DNA of 64,000 nucleotides from Kofleriaceae bacterium. GTDB lineage: Bacteria > Myxococcota_A > Polyangia > Haliangiales > Haliangiaceae. This document shows, piece after piece, positions 40,500 to 50,964 of this stretch. Each line of letters starts with the position of its first letter. The first letter of the stretch is position 1. The position numbers and the translations under genes are program-made. The notes below the pieces were generated by a model. That model worked only from the letters and a program-made list of their open reading frames with translations, did not search any database and was not told where the DNA came from. The stretch spans positions 64,001 through 128,000 of the forward strand of contig CBDCCZ010000023.1 of the NCBI GenBank assembly GCA_965215005.1. The letters run 5' to 3'.

Positions 40500-43400
40500 A
40501 TGAAGCGATATCGGCCAAGGGGTGAGCGCGGCGAAACGCCGGCGGCGGAACAGCGGCAAGGAGTGCCGGGCAAGGGCAACCGGGCGGCCGAGCTCGCCGA
40601 GATGCAGTGGCGCGGCGGAGGGCCGAACCCGCTTCTGCCGAGCCACCTGCAGGCGCGCGGCAGAAGCGGCGTTGACTGGCGCCGTTGGGGCCGGGAGGCA
40701 TCGGGGGATGCGGTGCAGCAGCGCGAATCCGCCGATGCGAGTAGCAGCGCCGAAGTGGAGCCGCTGCTCGACGCGCGGCAGCTGACGCGGGCGCAGCGTC
40801 TCAATCCGCGTGGGCAAGAGCGGCGCGGTTGGCAACCCGAGCAGCTCGATGCCGCGGGGCTGGAGGTCGCCAGCACGGCCTTTGCGCTGCGCATTGCGCA
40901 CTTTCAACGTGAGCGTGGGCTCGTGGTCGATGGCATCGTCGGGCCCGAGACCTTGGGCGCCGCTGGCGTCGCACCGGCGGCCGGTCGTGCACCAGCGGGC
41001 GCCGCGACTACCGCGACGGATGCGGCATCCTCGACGACCGCGCCAGCAGCCGCATCCGCGGCAACACCGATGACTCCTACGACCGCGCCAGCAGCCACAT
41101 CCGCGACGACACCAACGACTCCGGCAGCAGCCGCATCAACGAAGCCAGCAAACACCGCCGACGACCAGCTCTGGCTCGCGGTTGCCACGTACGAGCTCGG
41201 CGATACTCGTCTTGGCCGCGCCCATTGGGAGGCGTATCTGCAACAGCTGGGCGCCGACCACTGGCGCAGAGTGCTCGAGCTCGACGGGCTTGGCGTCGAT
41301 GGTTGGGTTGAGAGAGCCAATGCCCTCGAAGAGCTCGAGGGCGGCCCGCCGCCTCCGGTCTCCGCCGCAGAGAAAGCACGGCGAGAAGCCGCCTCTAGGC
41401 TCGAGCTACTGTTTACCACCCGCGATCGGGCCAACAAATTAACGCACGAGCTTCGGGGCCGTTTGACTGCCGACCTACGTCGTCGGGTGCTGGGCCCCGA
41501 CACCAAGATGATTCGCGCCGGCCTCTATCTCGGCATGCAGAGCGCCGCCGTGAGCACCGGCGTCGAGGAAGTGCTGGCGGCAGCCGACGAAACCGTGGGC
41601 GCCGTTTGCGCGCTTCTCGCCGAGGTCTACGCCCTCCACTGCAAGTCCGCCGAGCTCGAGCAGCTGCGCGCCCAAACCGTCCACAGCCTGGAAATCTTGC
41701 GCGCCCACGGCCTAACCGGCCAGCTTCCGGGCGCGTTTCCACGGCAACGGAGCGGTCCCACGCCCGAGCTCGGCGATCGACCCGGCGACGCCAACGTGCG
41801 GCCCAATCGCCGCGCGCCGTCCCGCTCCTCGGAGCTCGGCGACCAAGCCGGCGATGCCATCATCATCCATGAGGGCCCCGCCGCGGAGCGCATCGATGTG
41901 GCGGCTCTCGGCCTCGATCCCTCGGCGCCCGAGTCCTACGATACCTATCGCGCCCGCGGCCTCGCCGCCTACGGTGCCGGCAACGATGAGCTCGCCGCAG
42001 CCTACGGCCTGCTGATGGATCGCGCCGCCGCTCGCGAACGCGGCGAATCGGCGCGCGCGCCCGTGCAGCGCCGCAGCAATGCGATCGCTGCCGAAGACGT
42101 GCAAGCCGCGGCCGCCGAAGGCATTGCCACGCCGGCGCAATCGCTGCCCCACCTCGAGCGCCTGCAGCCCGCCTTCCAAGGCCACGACTTAACCACCATT
42201 GCCGCCCACGTCGGCTCCGACGCCGCCCGCTCCGCAAACGCCATGGGCGCCGAGGCCTACGCCACCGGCGAGCACATCGTCTTCGCCAACACGCCAGACC
42301 TCGAAACCACCGCACACGAGGTTACCCACGTCCTTCAGCAACGCCAAGGCGTCCAGCTCCGCAGTGGTATCGGCCAGGTCGGCGATCCCTACGAGCGCGA
42401 GGCCGACGCCGTTGCCGCCAACATCGTCCAAGGACGATCCGCTGCCCTTACCGCATCGGCCCCATCCGCCGTCCCCGGCACCATTCAGCGCCGTAGCTGG
42501 GAAATGGATATCAAGACCGACCTCTACGTCGCGATGTCCGGCTGGGGCACCAACGAAGACGCCATCTATCGCCGACTCAGCCATGCCACCCTGCCCGAGC
42601 TCCGCCAAGTCCTCGCCGACTCCAAATTGATGGCCGAGCTCCGTAGCACCCTCAGCGCCAGCGAGCTGCCCCGCGTCCTCGATCTATTAAACGCCCCGCT
42701 CGCCGGCGGCTCAGACGAGCAGAACGCTCTATCAGAAAGCGCGACCACGGCCAGCAGCGTCCAGCGCAAACAAGCCACCACCGGCCACGCTTCCGTCACC
42801 GCAGCGCAAACACTTCTGCGCGCCGCCGCTCGCGACGCCGGCGACGGGCTCGCGGATCCCGACATATCCTCCGCGCTTCACGCCGCTCTTCGACTGCACC
42901 AGGCGGCCGAGGCCGTTGCCCTGCTACCGCACGACGTCGTGAGCCGGCTCTACGTCATTGCTGACTTAGCGATCTCTCGCGCAACCTGGCTAGAGGCACA
43001 TTGGCGCGTCCATCAGCCAAGCGCTGCAAAGGATCTTCAGGCTGCAATCCATGCCATATCCGGCGCCCTCGAGCCCAGCGGCTGGAAACCCAGCAACATC
43101 GCTCCGGATAAAGAGCCTCGCAGTCTCCGCGGCCGTGGCGGCGAGAAATCGGTCTTCAAGCGAGACGATAGCGTCCTTCGCACCAGCTTTGCCGCGGTCC
43201 GCGAGACGCTGCACGCCCCCGCCAGCGCCACCAAGACGCATCTTGGGTCGCTAGCCGCACAGGCCATACCACACTTGCGAACCGTTCTTGAGACTCTCCA
43301 GCTTCCCGAGTATGCAGCCCCTGCTCGTCGTGTGGCATGGACCGCCGAGCTGCAACGAACCACCGCTGCCATCGATGCCTACGCGCAGTTATTGCGGGCT

Positions 43401-44786
43401 TCGAACCACGGCCGCAACGACGCCATCAGCGAGCTATTTGCCGCCGAACGCCGCATCCACACCACCATCGGCCTCACCACCGGCGATCTCGAAGAGCGGC
43501 GCTGGCTAAGCATCCGCAGCACCAACGCCGCAAACACGACAAATGACATTCTCGACGCGGCAAGTGGCGGCGACGGCCCCACCGAATATGCCACCAAGAT
43601 GGGCGCCGTCGACGCCATCCAAGCAACCATTCTGGCGTTCGTAGACATGAAACGCACCGCACTCGAAGAGCTCCAGGTAGCGCTAGACGAGCCAGCCCCA
43701 CCCAAGGAGCGAAACACCCTCGACATCGTGGCCGAGATCTTCGTCAACATACTTCTCTCCGCCACCACCGGCTACCTCGGCGGCCTTATCGGCACCCAGT
43801 TGGGCCGCGCCTTCCAAGCCGCCGGCTCCGTCGCCGCGTTGCCGGTCCGGTACCAGCAAGCCAACGAGCTAATCGCGGCGATGAATCAAGCCGTCAAGCC
43901 TCCAGCGACGACCAACGACGCCGTCAAGAAGGTCTTCCAAGACCTGTACTCGAATAGCGCCAAGGCAGCCCTCAACACCAAAGCCGCAGCGCGAGACGGC
44001 GCCGCCAGCGAGACGAACGCTCCCAACGCCCACGCAATGGGCTTGGTGCGAACGCCGAAGAACGTATTCCTCTCCATTCAGCGGCAGAAGCTCGACCAGA
44101 TGCATCTCAGCATGCACCTAAGGATGCTCGGTCTGCGCGAAACTCTACTCCTTGACCTAGATCTTCAGACCCTCAACGCCATCGTACAGGAGCTAAGTAG
44201 TATCAAAGACGACGTTATGGCAGCGGGGCTAGCAGGCGATGTGGCAACAACGTGGCTCAACTTCAAGGCCCAGCTCGCCCATGGCTCAAAGGACGACCAG
44301 AACCCGCAACGAGGCATCAACATCCCTGAGGGCCTCGCGCCCGGCCACTATCACGGACACGCCCACGGCGTGCTGCTCATCGATTTTGGTTACAGGGACA
44401 ACCGGCTCATCCCCCGTCGCATGTCGCTCGGCGGCGCCGAACCGAGCATCCACGAGTACATTCGGAGCCAGGAGTCGGTCGCTAATTTACCCATCAACCG
44501 CGTCTACACCGTCGAGGGTCCCGTAGCCTTGTCGACGTACGAGGGACCGGTGCGAGCTCCGGTGTTGGGCCTACAACGCAAGATCACCATCCTTCAGAGG
44601 CCCGACGGCAGTATTACCGTGCAATCCAATTCCTCCGGCGATAATCTGCTCGTCGCCATCGGCCTTGGTATCTCTGAGCAGGAGGCGACGCGCTATCGAA
44701 ACTCGGAGCCCACCGCTCCGCTCGCGGGCGCGCGAACCATCACGAGCGTCGCCGGCGCGCTTTCTCCAAAGGACATCCAACAGTGA
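40500..44786 (+). CDS. Large DUF4157 (eCIS-core-type) protein with peptidoglycan-binding and annexin domains; putative polymorphic toxin
   Basis: HFQRERGLVVDGIVGPET (PG-binding); GAEAYATGEHIVF...AHEVTHVLQQ...YEREAD (DUF4157, HExxH); LYVAMSGWGTNEDAI (annexin); GGGGGAG RBS. Confidence 0.85.
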   Translation: MKRYRPRGERGETPAAEQRQGVPGKGNRAAELAEMQWRGGGPNPLLPSHLQARGRSGVDWRRWGREASGDAVQQRESADASSSAEVEPLLDARQLTRAQRLNPRGQERRGWQPEQLDAAGLEVASTAFALRIAHFQRERGLVVDGIVGPETLGAAGVAPAAGRAPAGAATTATDAASSTTAPAAASAATPMTPTTAPAATSATTPTTPAAAASTKPANTADDQLWLAVATYELGDTRLGRAHWEAYLQQLGADHWRRVLELDGLGVDGWVERANALEELEGGPPPPVSAAEKARREAASRLELLFTTRDRANKLTHELRGRLTADLRRRVLGPDTKMIRAGLYLGMQSAAVSTGVEEVLAAADETVGAVCALLAEVYALHCKSAELEQLRAQTVHSLEILRAHGLTGQLPGAFPRQRSGPTPELGDRPGDANVRPNRRAPSRSSELGDQAGDAIIIHEGPAAERIDVAALGLDPSAPESYDTYRARGLAAYGAGNDELAAAYGLLMDRAAARERGESARAPVQRRSNAIAAEDVQAAAAEGIATPAQSLPHLERLQPAFQGHDLTTIAAHVGSDAARSANAMGAEAYATGEHIVFANTPDLETTAHEVTHVLQQRQGVQLRSGIGQVGDPYEREADAVAANIVQGRSAALTASAPSAVPGTIQRRSWEMDIKTDLYVAMSGWGTNEDAIYRRLSHATLPELRQVLADSKLMAELRSTLSASELPRVLDLLNAPLAGGSDEQNALSESATTASSVQRKQATTGHASVTAAQTLLRAAARDAGDGLADPDISSALHAALRLHQAAEAVALLPHDVVSRLYVIADLAISRATWLEAHWRVHQPSAAKDLQAAIHAISGALEPSGWKPSNIAPDKEPRSLRGRGGEKSVFKRDDSVLRTSFAAVRETLHAPASATKTHLGSLAAQAIPHLRTVLETLQLPEYAAPARRVAWTAELQRTTAAIDAYAQLLRASNHGRNDAISELFAAERRIHTTIGLTTGDLEERRWLSIRSTNAANTTNDILDAASGGDGPTEYATKMGAVDAIQATILAFVDMKRTALEELQVALDEPAPPKERNTLDIVAEIFVNILLSATTGYLGGLIGTQLGRAFQAAGSVAALPVRYQQANELIAAMNQAVKPPATTNDAVKKVFQDLYSNSAKAALNTKAAARDGAASETNAPNAHAMGLVRTPKNVFLSIQRQKLDQMHLSMHLRMLGLRETLLLDLDLQTLNAIVQELSSIKDDVMAAGLAGDVATTWLNFKAQLAHGSKDDQNPQRGINIPEGLAPGHYHGHAHGVLLIDFGYRDNRLIPRRMSLGGAEPSIHEYIRSQESVANLPINRVYTVEGPVALSTYEGPVRAPVLGLQRKITILQRPDGSITVQSNSSGDNLLVAIGLGISEQEATRYRNSEPTAPLAGARTITSVAGALSPKDIQQ

Positions 44787-45358
44787 CCCATGTCTGGCTG
44801 GTAGGCTCCGTGCTCCTCTTAGCATCGACTAGTTGCAAGAAGGGAGAGGAGCCTTATCGAGCTAATCTCGATAAGGCGTACGGCGAGGGCGTCGTAGGAG
44901 TCATGCAGGATATTGAGTGGAAGCTCGAAAGGCACTGCGGCTTTTTCAGGGTGACCCGCGAACCAATAACCAAAGAGCATATACTCTACCGGGCAAGGCG
45001 TCTCCTATGGGAAGGCACGGATGAGACGATCAACTGCCGTGACACCGTTACGAATGGCATGGTTCAAGTCTCGGCAATGCAGTACGACCGTCGCCCGTAC
45101 TACTACTGGCGCATCGGACGGGTTCAAGTTCCGGTGCGTCAATTACTAGAACGGACCTATTACTATCTCGAAGACTCCTTATCACCTCAGGAGCGCAGGG
45201 AGTTCCGTCATCGCCTCGATACCCGCCCGCTCGACAGTCGACGCGAGCTCTGGAGGATCGGCCCCTTAAAGGTCTCACTTACGGCTTCCACCGGACCAGG
45301 CGGTGCCTTCGTCACCGTAGAGCGCAACCTCTTGAAACTCCCGGAATCCAAGAGCTAA
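44783..45358 (+). CDS. Lipoprotein, candidate immunity protein
   Basis: LASTSC lipobox-like; GTGA overlap with upstream gene; lower GC by eye. Confidence 0.6.
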   Translation: MTHVWLVGSVLLLASTSCKKGEEPYRANLDKAYGEGVVGVMQDIEWKLERHCGFFRVTREPITKEHILYRARRLLWEGTDETINCRDTVTNGMVQVSAMQYDRRPYYYWRIGRVQVPVRQLLERTYYYLEDSLSPQERREFRHRLDTRPLDSRRELWRIGPLKVSLTASTGPGGAFVTVERNLLKLPESKS

Positions 45359-45382
45359 TCACCACTCCCGACGTCTGTCTCA

Positions 45383-47206
45383 ATGGACCTAACCACCATC
45401 CGCGCCCACGTCGGCTCCGATGCCGCCCGCTCCGCCACCGCCATGGGCGCCGAGGCCTACGCCACCGGCGAGCAGATCGTCTTCGCCAACACGCCCGATC
45501 TCGAAACCGCCAGTCACGTCCACGAGGTCACACACGTCCTCAACGCCATTGAGCTGCCCCGCGTCCTCGCTCTGTTAAACGCCCCGCTCGACAAGCAGGC
45601 CGACGAATTAGACAAGCAGAACGATCTATCAAACAGCGCGACCGCGGCCAGCAGCGTCCAGCGCAAGCAAGCCACCACCGACGTACAGGCCCCAACTGAT
45701 CGCCTCTATCCCGTCAAGGAGGAGCTCGACTTTGGCAACTTTGAACTTGGCCGGGGCGCTCCCTGGCCACAGCTACACGTCGTTATCAAGAACCCTACAG
45801 CGCTTCCGCGTGCCTTACGTCTCTTGCGAGCCTCGCCCCCCGATGCAGGCGTTGCATTCCGCTTCAGCGCGCCCGCGCAGGTCCATCCGCGAGCGTTGGA
45901 GCCTGTGAAAATGGAGTTGCTGTTCACGCCACCGGGACCGGGCCGCTATCAGGGCGTGCTCGACTTCGGCGAATTCCAGTTGGCGCTCAAAGGCAGGTGC
46001 CAAGCTGCCGGATGGCGAGAGGCAGAAGCCAATACAGAAGAGCAGCGCCGTTTGGCCGAGCAGCGGCAAGCGCTGAGTGAGATGGCGGTTCTTCCACCGG
46101 AGCAAATGGCTCAGCGGGAACAGGAAGTCGTCAGAACTCGCTCCGATGGCCGCCAGCTCTCAATCCGCGAGCTCTACAACCAAATCTGGGCGATGTACTC
46201 CCATCTCGGCGATGCGCAACAACAAGGAATCGACGTCCTCGAGGCGCATCTCGCTGCTCATAAAGAGGCCGATCCCATCAATTGGTCCACCGAGCTCTTG
46301 GGCCTCGCCATCGACGTAGCAACCGCAGGCGCGGTCGGCTTCATTGGCTCTATCGTCGCCCGAAGAGTCGAAAAGGTCGCCACCCGCTACGTCAACAAGC
46401 GCATTGGCGAGATGACCGGCGATGCGAGCAAATCGTACAGCGGAAGCGGCGTGAAGCTCCTTGCCGATTCCATCAAGGACGCCACCAAAGCTGCCGTCAA
46501 GCGCTATGCGCCGTCCTCGGCCGCAAGCTACTCAGGCATGCCAGCAACCAGCGCATTCTGCCTCGGCCAAAAGCGAACCATCGGCAAAGCCATCATGGAC
46601 GCCGAGAGCGTCCATATCGCTTCCATGGACGAAATGCTCAGCCTCCCCGACGCCCCTGAACAGCTCGCCGCCCTCTACGATGCTCTCGTAGCCGCCCGCG
46701 ACGAAGCCGAGGGCATCCAATACGCCGAATCCCTCCGCCAATGGAGCTACAAGCTCGCAGGCCTCACCGCCAAAGGCACCGCTCCAGAGGGACGGGTGGG
46801 CGAGAACCTAGATCTACAAAAGGGCGCGATCGAAATCACCGTCTCGCTCGCAGACCCCCTCGCCTCCCCAGAGATCGTTCAAGCGCGGTGGCCCGGTATC
46901 CCCGCAGCGTCCATCCAATCTCTCCGAATGAGCCACGGAGACCGCCCACTCATGGAGCTACACCCCGCGCTGCGCTTGAACGCAATCCTGCCTCTAGCAA
47001 GACGCAAAGAGCCTATCACGCTAATCCGATATGGTGCTGGCATGGTGCGCGACGTGCCTAAGAGTGACTTCGCTGCCATGCAATTCCTCGCCTCGAGAGG
47101 AGAAGCGATTGCAGGTCCACGCGCGCCGGAGATTGCTGCCGAGACGGGCGCAAACGATCTGCTGATAAACGTTCTACTCCGGAGGCTAAACGAGGTGTTC
47201 CAATAA
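45383..47206 (+). CDS. 5'-truncated DUF4157 cassette with Ig-like (ASH/PapD-like) domain and alternative C-terminus
   Basis: Starts mid-DUF4157 (copy of ~42186-42333 joined to ~42652-42782); LDFG...IKN...FTPPGPGRYQGVL Ig-like pattern. Confidence 0.75.
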   Translation: MDLTTIRAHVGSDAARSATAMGAEAYATGEQIVFANTPDLETASHVHEVTHVLNAIELPRVLALLNAPLDKQADELDKQNDLSNSATAASSVQRKQATTDVQAPTDRLYPVKEELDFGNFELGRGAPWPQLHVVIKNPTALPRALRLLRASPPDAGVAFRFSAPAQVHPRALEPVKMELLFTPPGPGRYQGVLDFGEFQLALKGRCQAAGWREAEANTEEQRRLAEQRQALSEMAVLPPEQMAQREQEVVRTRSDGRQLSIRELYNQIWAMYSHLGDAQQQGIDVLEAHLAAHKEADPINWSTELLGLAIDVATAGAVGFIGSIVARRVEKVATRYVNKRIGEMTGDASKSYSGSGVKLLADSIKDATKAAVKRYAPSSAASYSGMPATSAFCLGQKRTIGKAIMDAESVHIASMDEMLSLPDAPEQLAALYDALVAARDEAEGIQYAESLRQWSYKLAGLTAKGTAPEGRVGENLDLQKGAIEITVSLADPLASPEIVQARWPGIPAASIQSLRMSHGDRPLMELHPALRLNAILPLARRKEPITLIRYGAGMVRDVPKSDFAAMQFLASRGEAIAGPRAPEIAAETGANDLLINVLLRRLNEVFQ

Positions 47207-47790
47207 TGCGGCGGCGTCTTCTGATCCTTCCTTGCCTCTCCATCCTCCTCCTAGGGGCCTGCCACAGCAATGAATATAAGGTAGCGGAGCTCGAAATCGA
47301 AATCGAATCCACCATCGAAGAACAACCCACCATCATCCTCATCAGGCTTCATGAAAATGGAAGTCTGACTCTAAACGACTTGCCGCTATCCCTTTATCGT
47401 ATGACTTCGTCGGGCTTGAGCGATCACAATGGGGATGGAACGGCGCTTTGGTACTTCCGGGAGGATGGGGTACTTGTCGCTCGCGAGTCCGGCCATACCG
47501 CGGAGATCGTGCACCGGGACCGTCTCATCGGAAACCGCATAACGCAGCTAGCTCAGGATGGCTTCCCCAGCCCCCTTGGAAGCGGACTGCTGTCTATAGT
47601 AGGCCCATTCGATCGGCCGGACTTCGTCCTCGAACCCGACGGCACCGTGACAGGGGCCCGCAGCAAAATCGTCATCAGGCCCATGTCAAAAGACATGCGC
47701 AAGACCGCTATGCTCCTGCTCCTTCTCGTCGATAACTTCGTACTCGCTGACGGACGCTACAAGTTGAGAAGCGGGAGACCGCGGCCCTAA
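47206..47790 (+). CDS. Lipoprotein, candidate immunity protein
   Basis: MRRRLLILPCLSILLLGAC lipobox; TAATG overlap with upstream stop. Confidence 0.65.
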   Translation: MRRRLLILPCLSILLLGACHSNEYKVAELEIEIESTIEEQPTIILIRLHENGSLTLNDLPLSLYRMTSSGLSDHNGDGTALWYFREDGVLVARESGHTAEIVHRDRLIGNRITQLAQDGFPSPLGSGLLSIVGPFDRPDFVLEPDGTVTGARSKIVIRPMSKDMRKTAMLLLLLVDNFVLADGRYKLRSGRPRP

Positions 47791-47840
47791 TCGTCACTGC
47801 GACAGGCGCGGCGATCGCAGGTCCACACGTAAATGAAACT

Positions 47841-49004
47841 GTCTACCCGGTTCGCGGCGGTGTTCTACATGATGGCCGGCGAAGAGCTCGACATCACGAT
47901 CAATCCGGTGACCACCATGGCCAAAGCGCTGGGAGATGCGCGTCTGGCGCGGCAAGACAAGGAACAAAGCTATCGTGAGGCGCACGAACGGGCGCTCGAG
48001 CTGATCGGTGAGCACTTTGGGCAGCTTTCGGAGCCGGTGGTGAGCGTTCATCCGGCCGACGTCACCGATGCGGCGGGCGCCGCAAGTGTCGATGCGGTGC
48101 GCTATGGCGTGGTGCTTGCCTCGCTGGCGCGTCTGGCCCAGGACGTGGCCAATGAGTCGGGCCTGCCCGCGAGCGAGCTCAACACCGCCAGTTTGCTGCA
48201 AGCACTGGTGGACGACCTCAGCAGCTCCGATGCGCTGTTCAACGGCGTGGGCGTCAATGGGCCCGTGCTGCTCGGCGCGTGCCCCATGTCATCGGATGCC
48301 GACTGCCCCAGCTGTTCCACCATCTGCAACGTCGGCGCGCGAACCGTGCGCAATGATCTAGCCAATGCCATCGGCGGCTTCATCGACTCGCAGCTCAATG
48401 CCACCGGTCTGGGGGCCGACGATCTGGCCACCATGAAAGCGCGCATCGCCAAGAACACCGAGCCGGAGCTGTTTGGCGACGAGGCCGACGTAGAGCTTGA
48501 CCCGCCGGCAGTCACCATCGACAGTGACCACTTCGTGGTCGACGCGGGCGTTTGGTGGTCGCGGGATGCGGCCTTGATTCTCTCGGGAAGCGTCGTTTCC
48601 GCCTCCAGTGGCGCGATTCGCGTGCTCCTAGACGTCAATGATCAAGCCGGCCTGCCCGCGGAGATTGTTGGTGACCGTTGGCAGCTCGCGGTGCCGCAAG
48701 AGCTGTTGCGCGAGGCTCCGGCCAGCAATGCCATCCGCGTGACCGCGGTCGACAGCCTCGACAATCGCGCCAGTCTCTCGCGGGCGATCAACATCGATCG
48801 CGTTCCGATTTCGCTCGAGTTCAGTCCCACCGCAGTCCGCGACGAAGCAGGCGACGTTATCGACTTCACCACCCCGCGCCCAACCCACAATCACCTGGGT
48901 TCCACGCTCAACATTGGCGGCCCCGGCTGTCCCAAGGTCAACAAGCACGTGACGCTGATGGACGGCAACGACAATCCGCTCGTCCTCAACTTCACCGCCA
49001 GAGA
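47841..49004 (+). repeat. 1.16-kb direct duplicate of 37228-38391 (internal part of the large lipoprotein gene); truncated ORF 47833-49029
   Basis: Near-identical DNA at constant offset 10613, with scattered, mostly synonymous substitutions; lacks signal peptide and C-terminus. Confidence 0.95.
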
Positions 49005-49387
49005 GGACGTTCTACAAGAATCCCAATGAATTGTTCGCTTCCAATGGCAAGCGTTTCACCATCAGCAATTGGTACAAGACGTTTATGTACCATGATGAAG
49101 AAGTGGTGAGCCAGCGGGTCGCCGACTATGCGCTGTACGCTCCGGCAGAGTTCTTCGCCGAAGCCTATACCGTCTTCTATGAGGAGGCGGGACGACCAGG
49201 CATCGCGGACGAAGACCTAAACCGACTGGTGCGCAATAGCTCGTGGCGGGACTGGATTCGCAACAACGTACACAATCGCGGCCATGGCCCAGGCACGCCG
49301 CGCGACGGATTAGCGCCTGCAGCGAACGGCTCCGTCACTACCGGTGGCGCTCGCTTCGGGCGGGCGTCTCGCAACCCGGGCCCCTAG
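49004..49387 (+). pseudogene. Orphan C-terminal fragment resembling a zincin metallopeptidase toxin tip
   Basis: VADYALYAPAEFFAEAYTVFY (YA..E.FAE motif); frame is open back to the repeat junction. Confidence 0.5.
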
Positions 49388-49402
49388 AAGGCAGACGCTT
49401 CA

Positions 49403-50295
49403 ATGGGCCTATTTTTCCGCTGTCATCCATTCTCACGAGTTGCCTTGCTAGCGCTTCTAGCAGCATGTTCAAGTCGCGGTCAGCAAAGCTCGGGAGCTGG
49501 CGAACGTCCTATTGATGACGAACAGGACGTGGCCTCGGAACGGCCTACCACTCCAAAGATACAAGCCGCTCAGATTGCTAATTCGGAACCGAACCATCCA
49601 GCTTTCAAGACGGTACGGGAGGCACTCTTAGCGTTCCCTCCACTTGCTAGTAAGCACGGCTCGGAATCCGGAGATTTGGCGGCAAGCAGCGGCAGTGGTC
49701 GCAAGCCCAGGAGAGGTCCTCCAGGCAAGACCACGTCTCCCTCGGTGCGAACGGAGAATCATTCAGACCGGAACCAACAAGGAACATCGGAAAGCGAAAA
49801 ATGTATAAAATATTCACTAGAGCTCGCGACGCATTTATGCGACACGCAGCTAAAGTCTTAAAAGCAGAGCCCGAATCCATTTTCCTCCTGCCAGCGGATC
49901 CCGAGCTGGATCCGGATGACAAGGCTGGCCGGGTTGGGCGCTTTTGGCAGTTCGATGCGAGCGCAGGATCTCTCGCAGGAGAGCGACTACGAGGGTCGGC
50001 TTCGGCCGACGGAACGGTGGTAACTCCGCAGAAGAATCTAGCTCGATTCCTCGAGGAGGCAGGGCTTTGGAAGAACGGCTCGGTTGACGCCGATCAGCTT
50101 GCCGATCAACTGGCTTGGAGCTTGATAGGCCATGATCGGGTCGCGGGATCGACGCTAGAGAGAACCTCTCCCGGAGAAGGACGCCTCATCTTCGTGACCG
50201 AATACGTGGAGCCTGGAACGGAACACCTGCATCCTGGGCCAGAGGAGCGCTTCAGCACACGCTCGAGTTCAAACGCGATCACTCGGTCGTCCTAA
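49403..50295 (+). CDS. Lipoprotein(s), possibly one frameshifted gene (ORFs 49403-49861 and 49801-50295)
   Basis: LALLAAC lipobox; overlapping same-strand ORFs; lower GC by eye. Confidence 0.4.
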
Positions 50296-50964
50296 CCACG
50301 GTGGAGACGGCGGTTCCCCTATAGAAGCGTCTTCGCACCGCGCCGTGCGTAATGGATCCGGCCCAGTCGAGTCTGCCTGGCAGTCGTCGGGTCAGGTGGC
50401 GCTGTACGTGTATTGCTAGGTCTTCGAGAACGACGGATGTCGCTAGCTCGGGTGCACTTACGACGTCGGTCCGCACGATGACGACGTCGGTCGGATCGAG
50501 ACCTCGAGTTGGCGCTGCCCGAATGACGACGAAGCGCTGCCCCCGCCGGCTCCGAAGCCCACCGCGCTCGTGACGGCGCCGTCGATGAACGTGGCGTCCT
50601 CAGTTGCTGCCAGCTACAGACTGCCGGCGCGCATTGGAGCGTGCTGGCTGTTGCATTCTGCAGGCGCAGGTTCTGCCAAACACGCGCTCGCGAGCAAGGT
50701 GTCGGTTGCCGCTCCGTTCTACCGAACGAGAGATGCCTGCCGAAAGACGTGACTGGAGCGTGCCTTTGCAAGAGCAGACGGTAGGCGAAACCGTACGAGC
50801 AGGGAGCAATGGGCACTCTAGCCTACAGCGGGACCGTGCAACGCATAGTATCTGCCTCCATTCTGCAAGTCGGTAGTGGTGCTCCGTCCGCTTGCTGTCG
50901 CAGCGGAAAATTTCAATCAAGCAACATAACGGCTGAAGCTATGAGGGCGAGCGGCCGATGTCGC

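Noticed and set aside
50296..50940. c-di-GMP riboswitch or ncRNA upstream of the diguanylate cyclase
   Set aside because: Only a short ACGGT-aggcgaa-ACCGT hairpin; no convincing consensus. A covariance-model search would be needed
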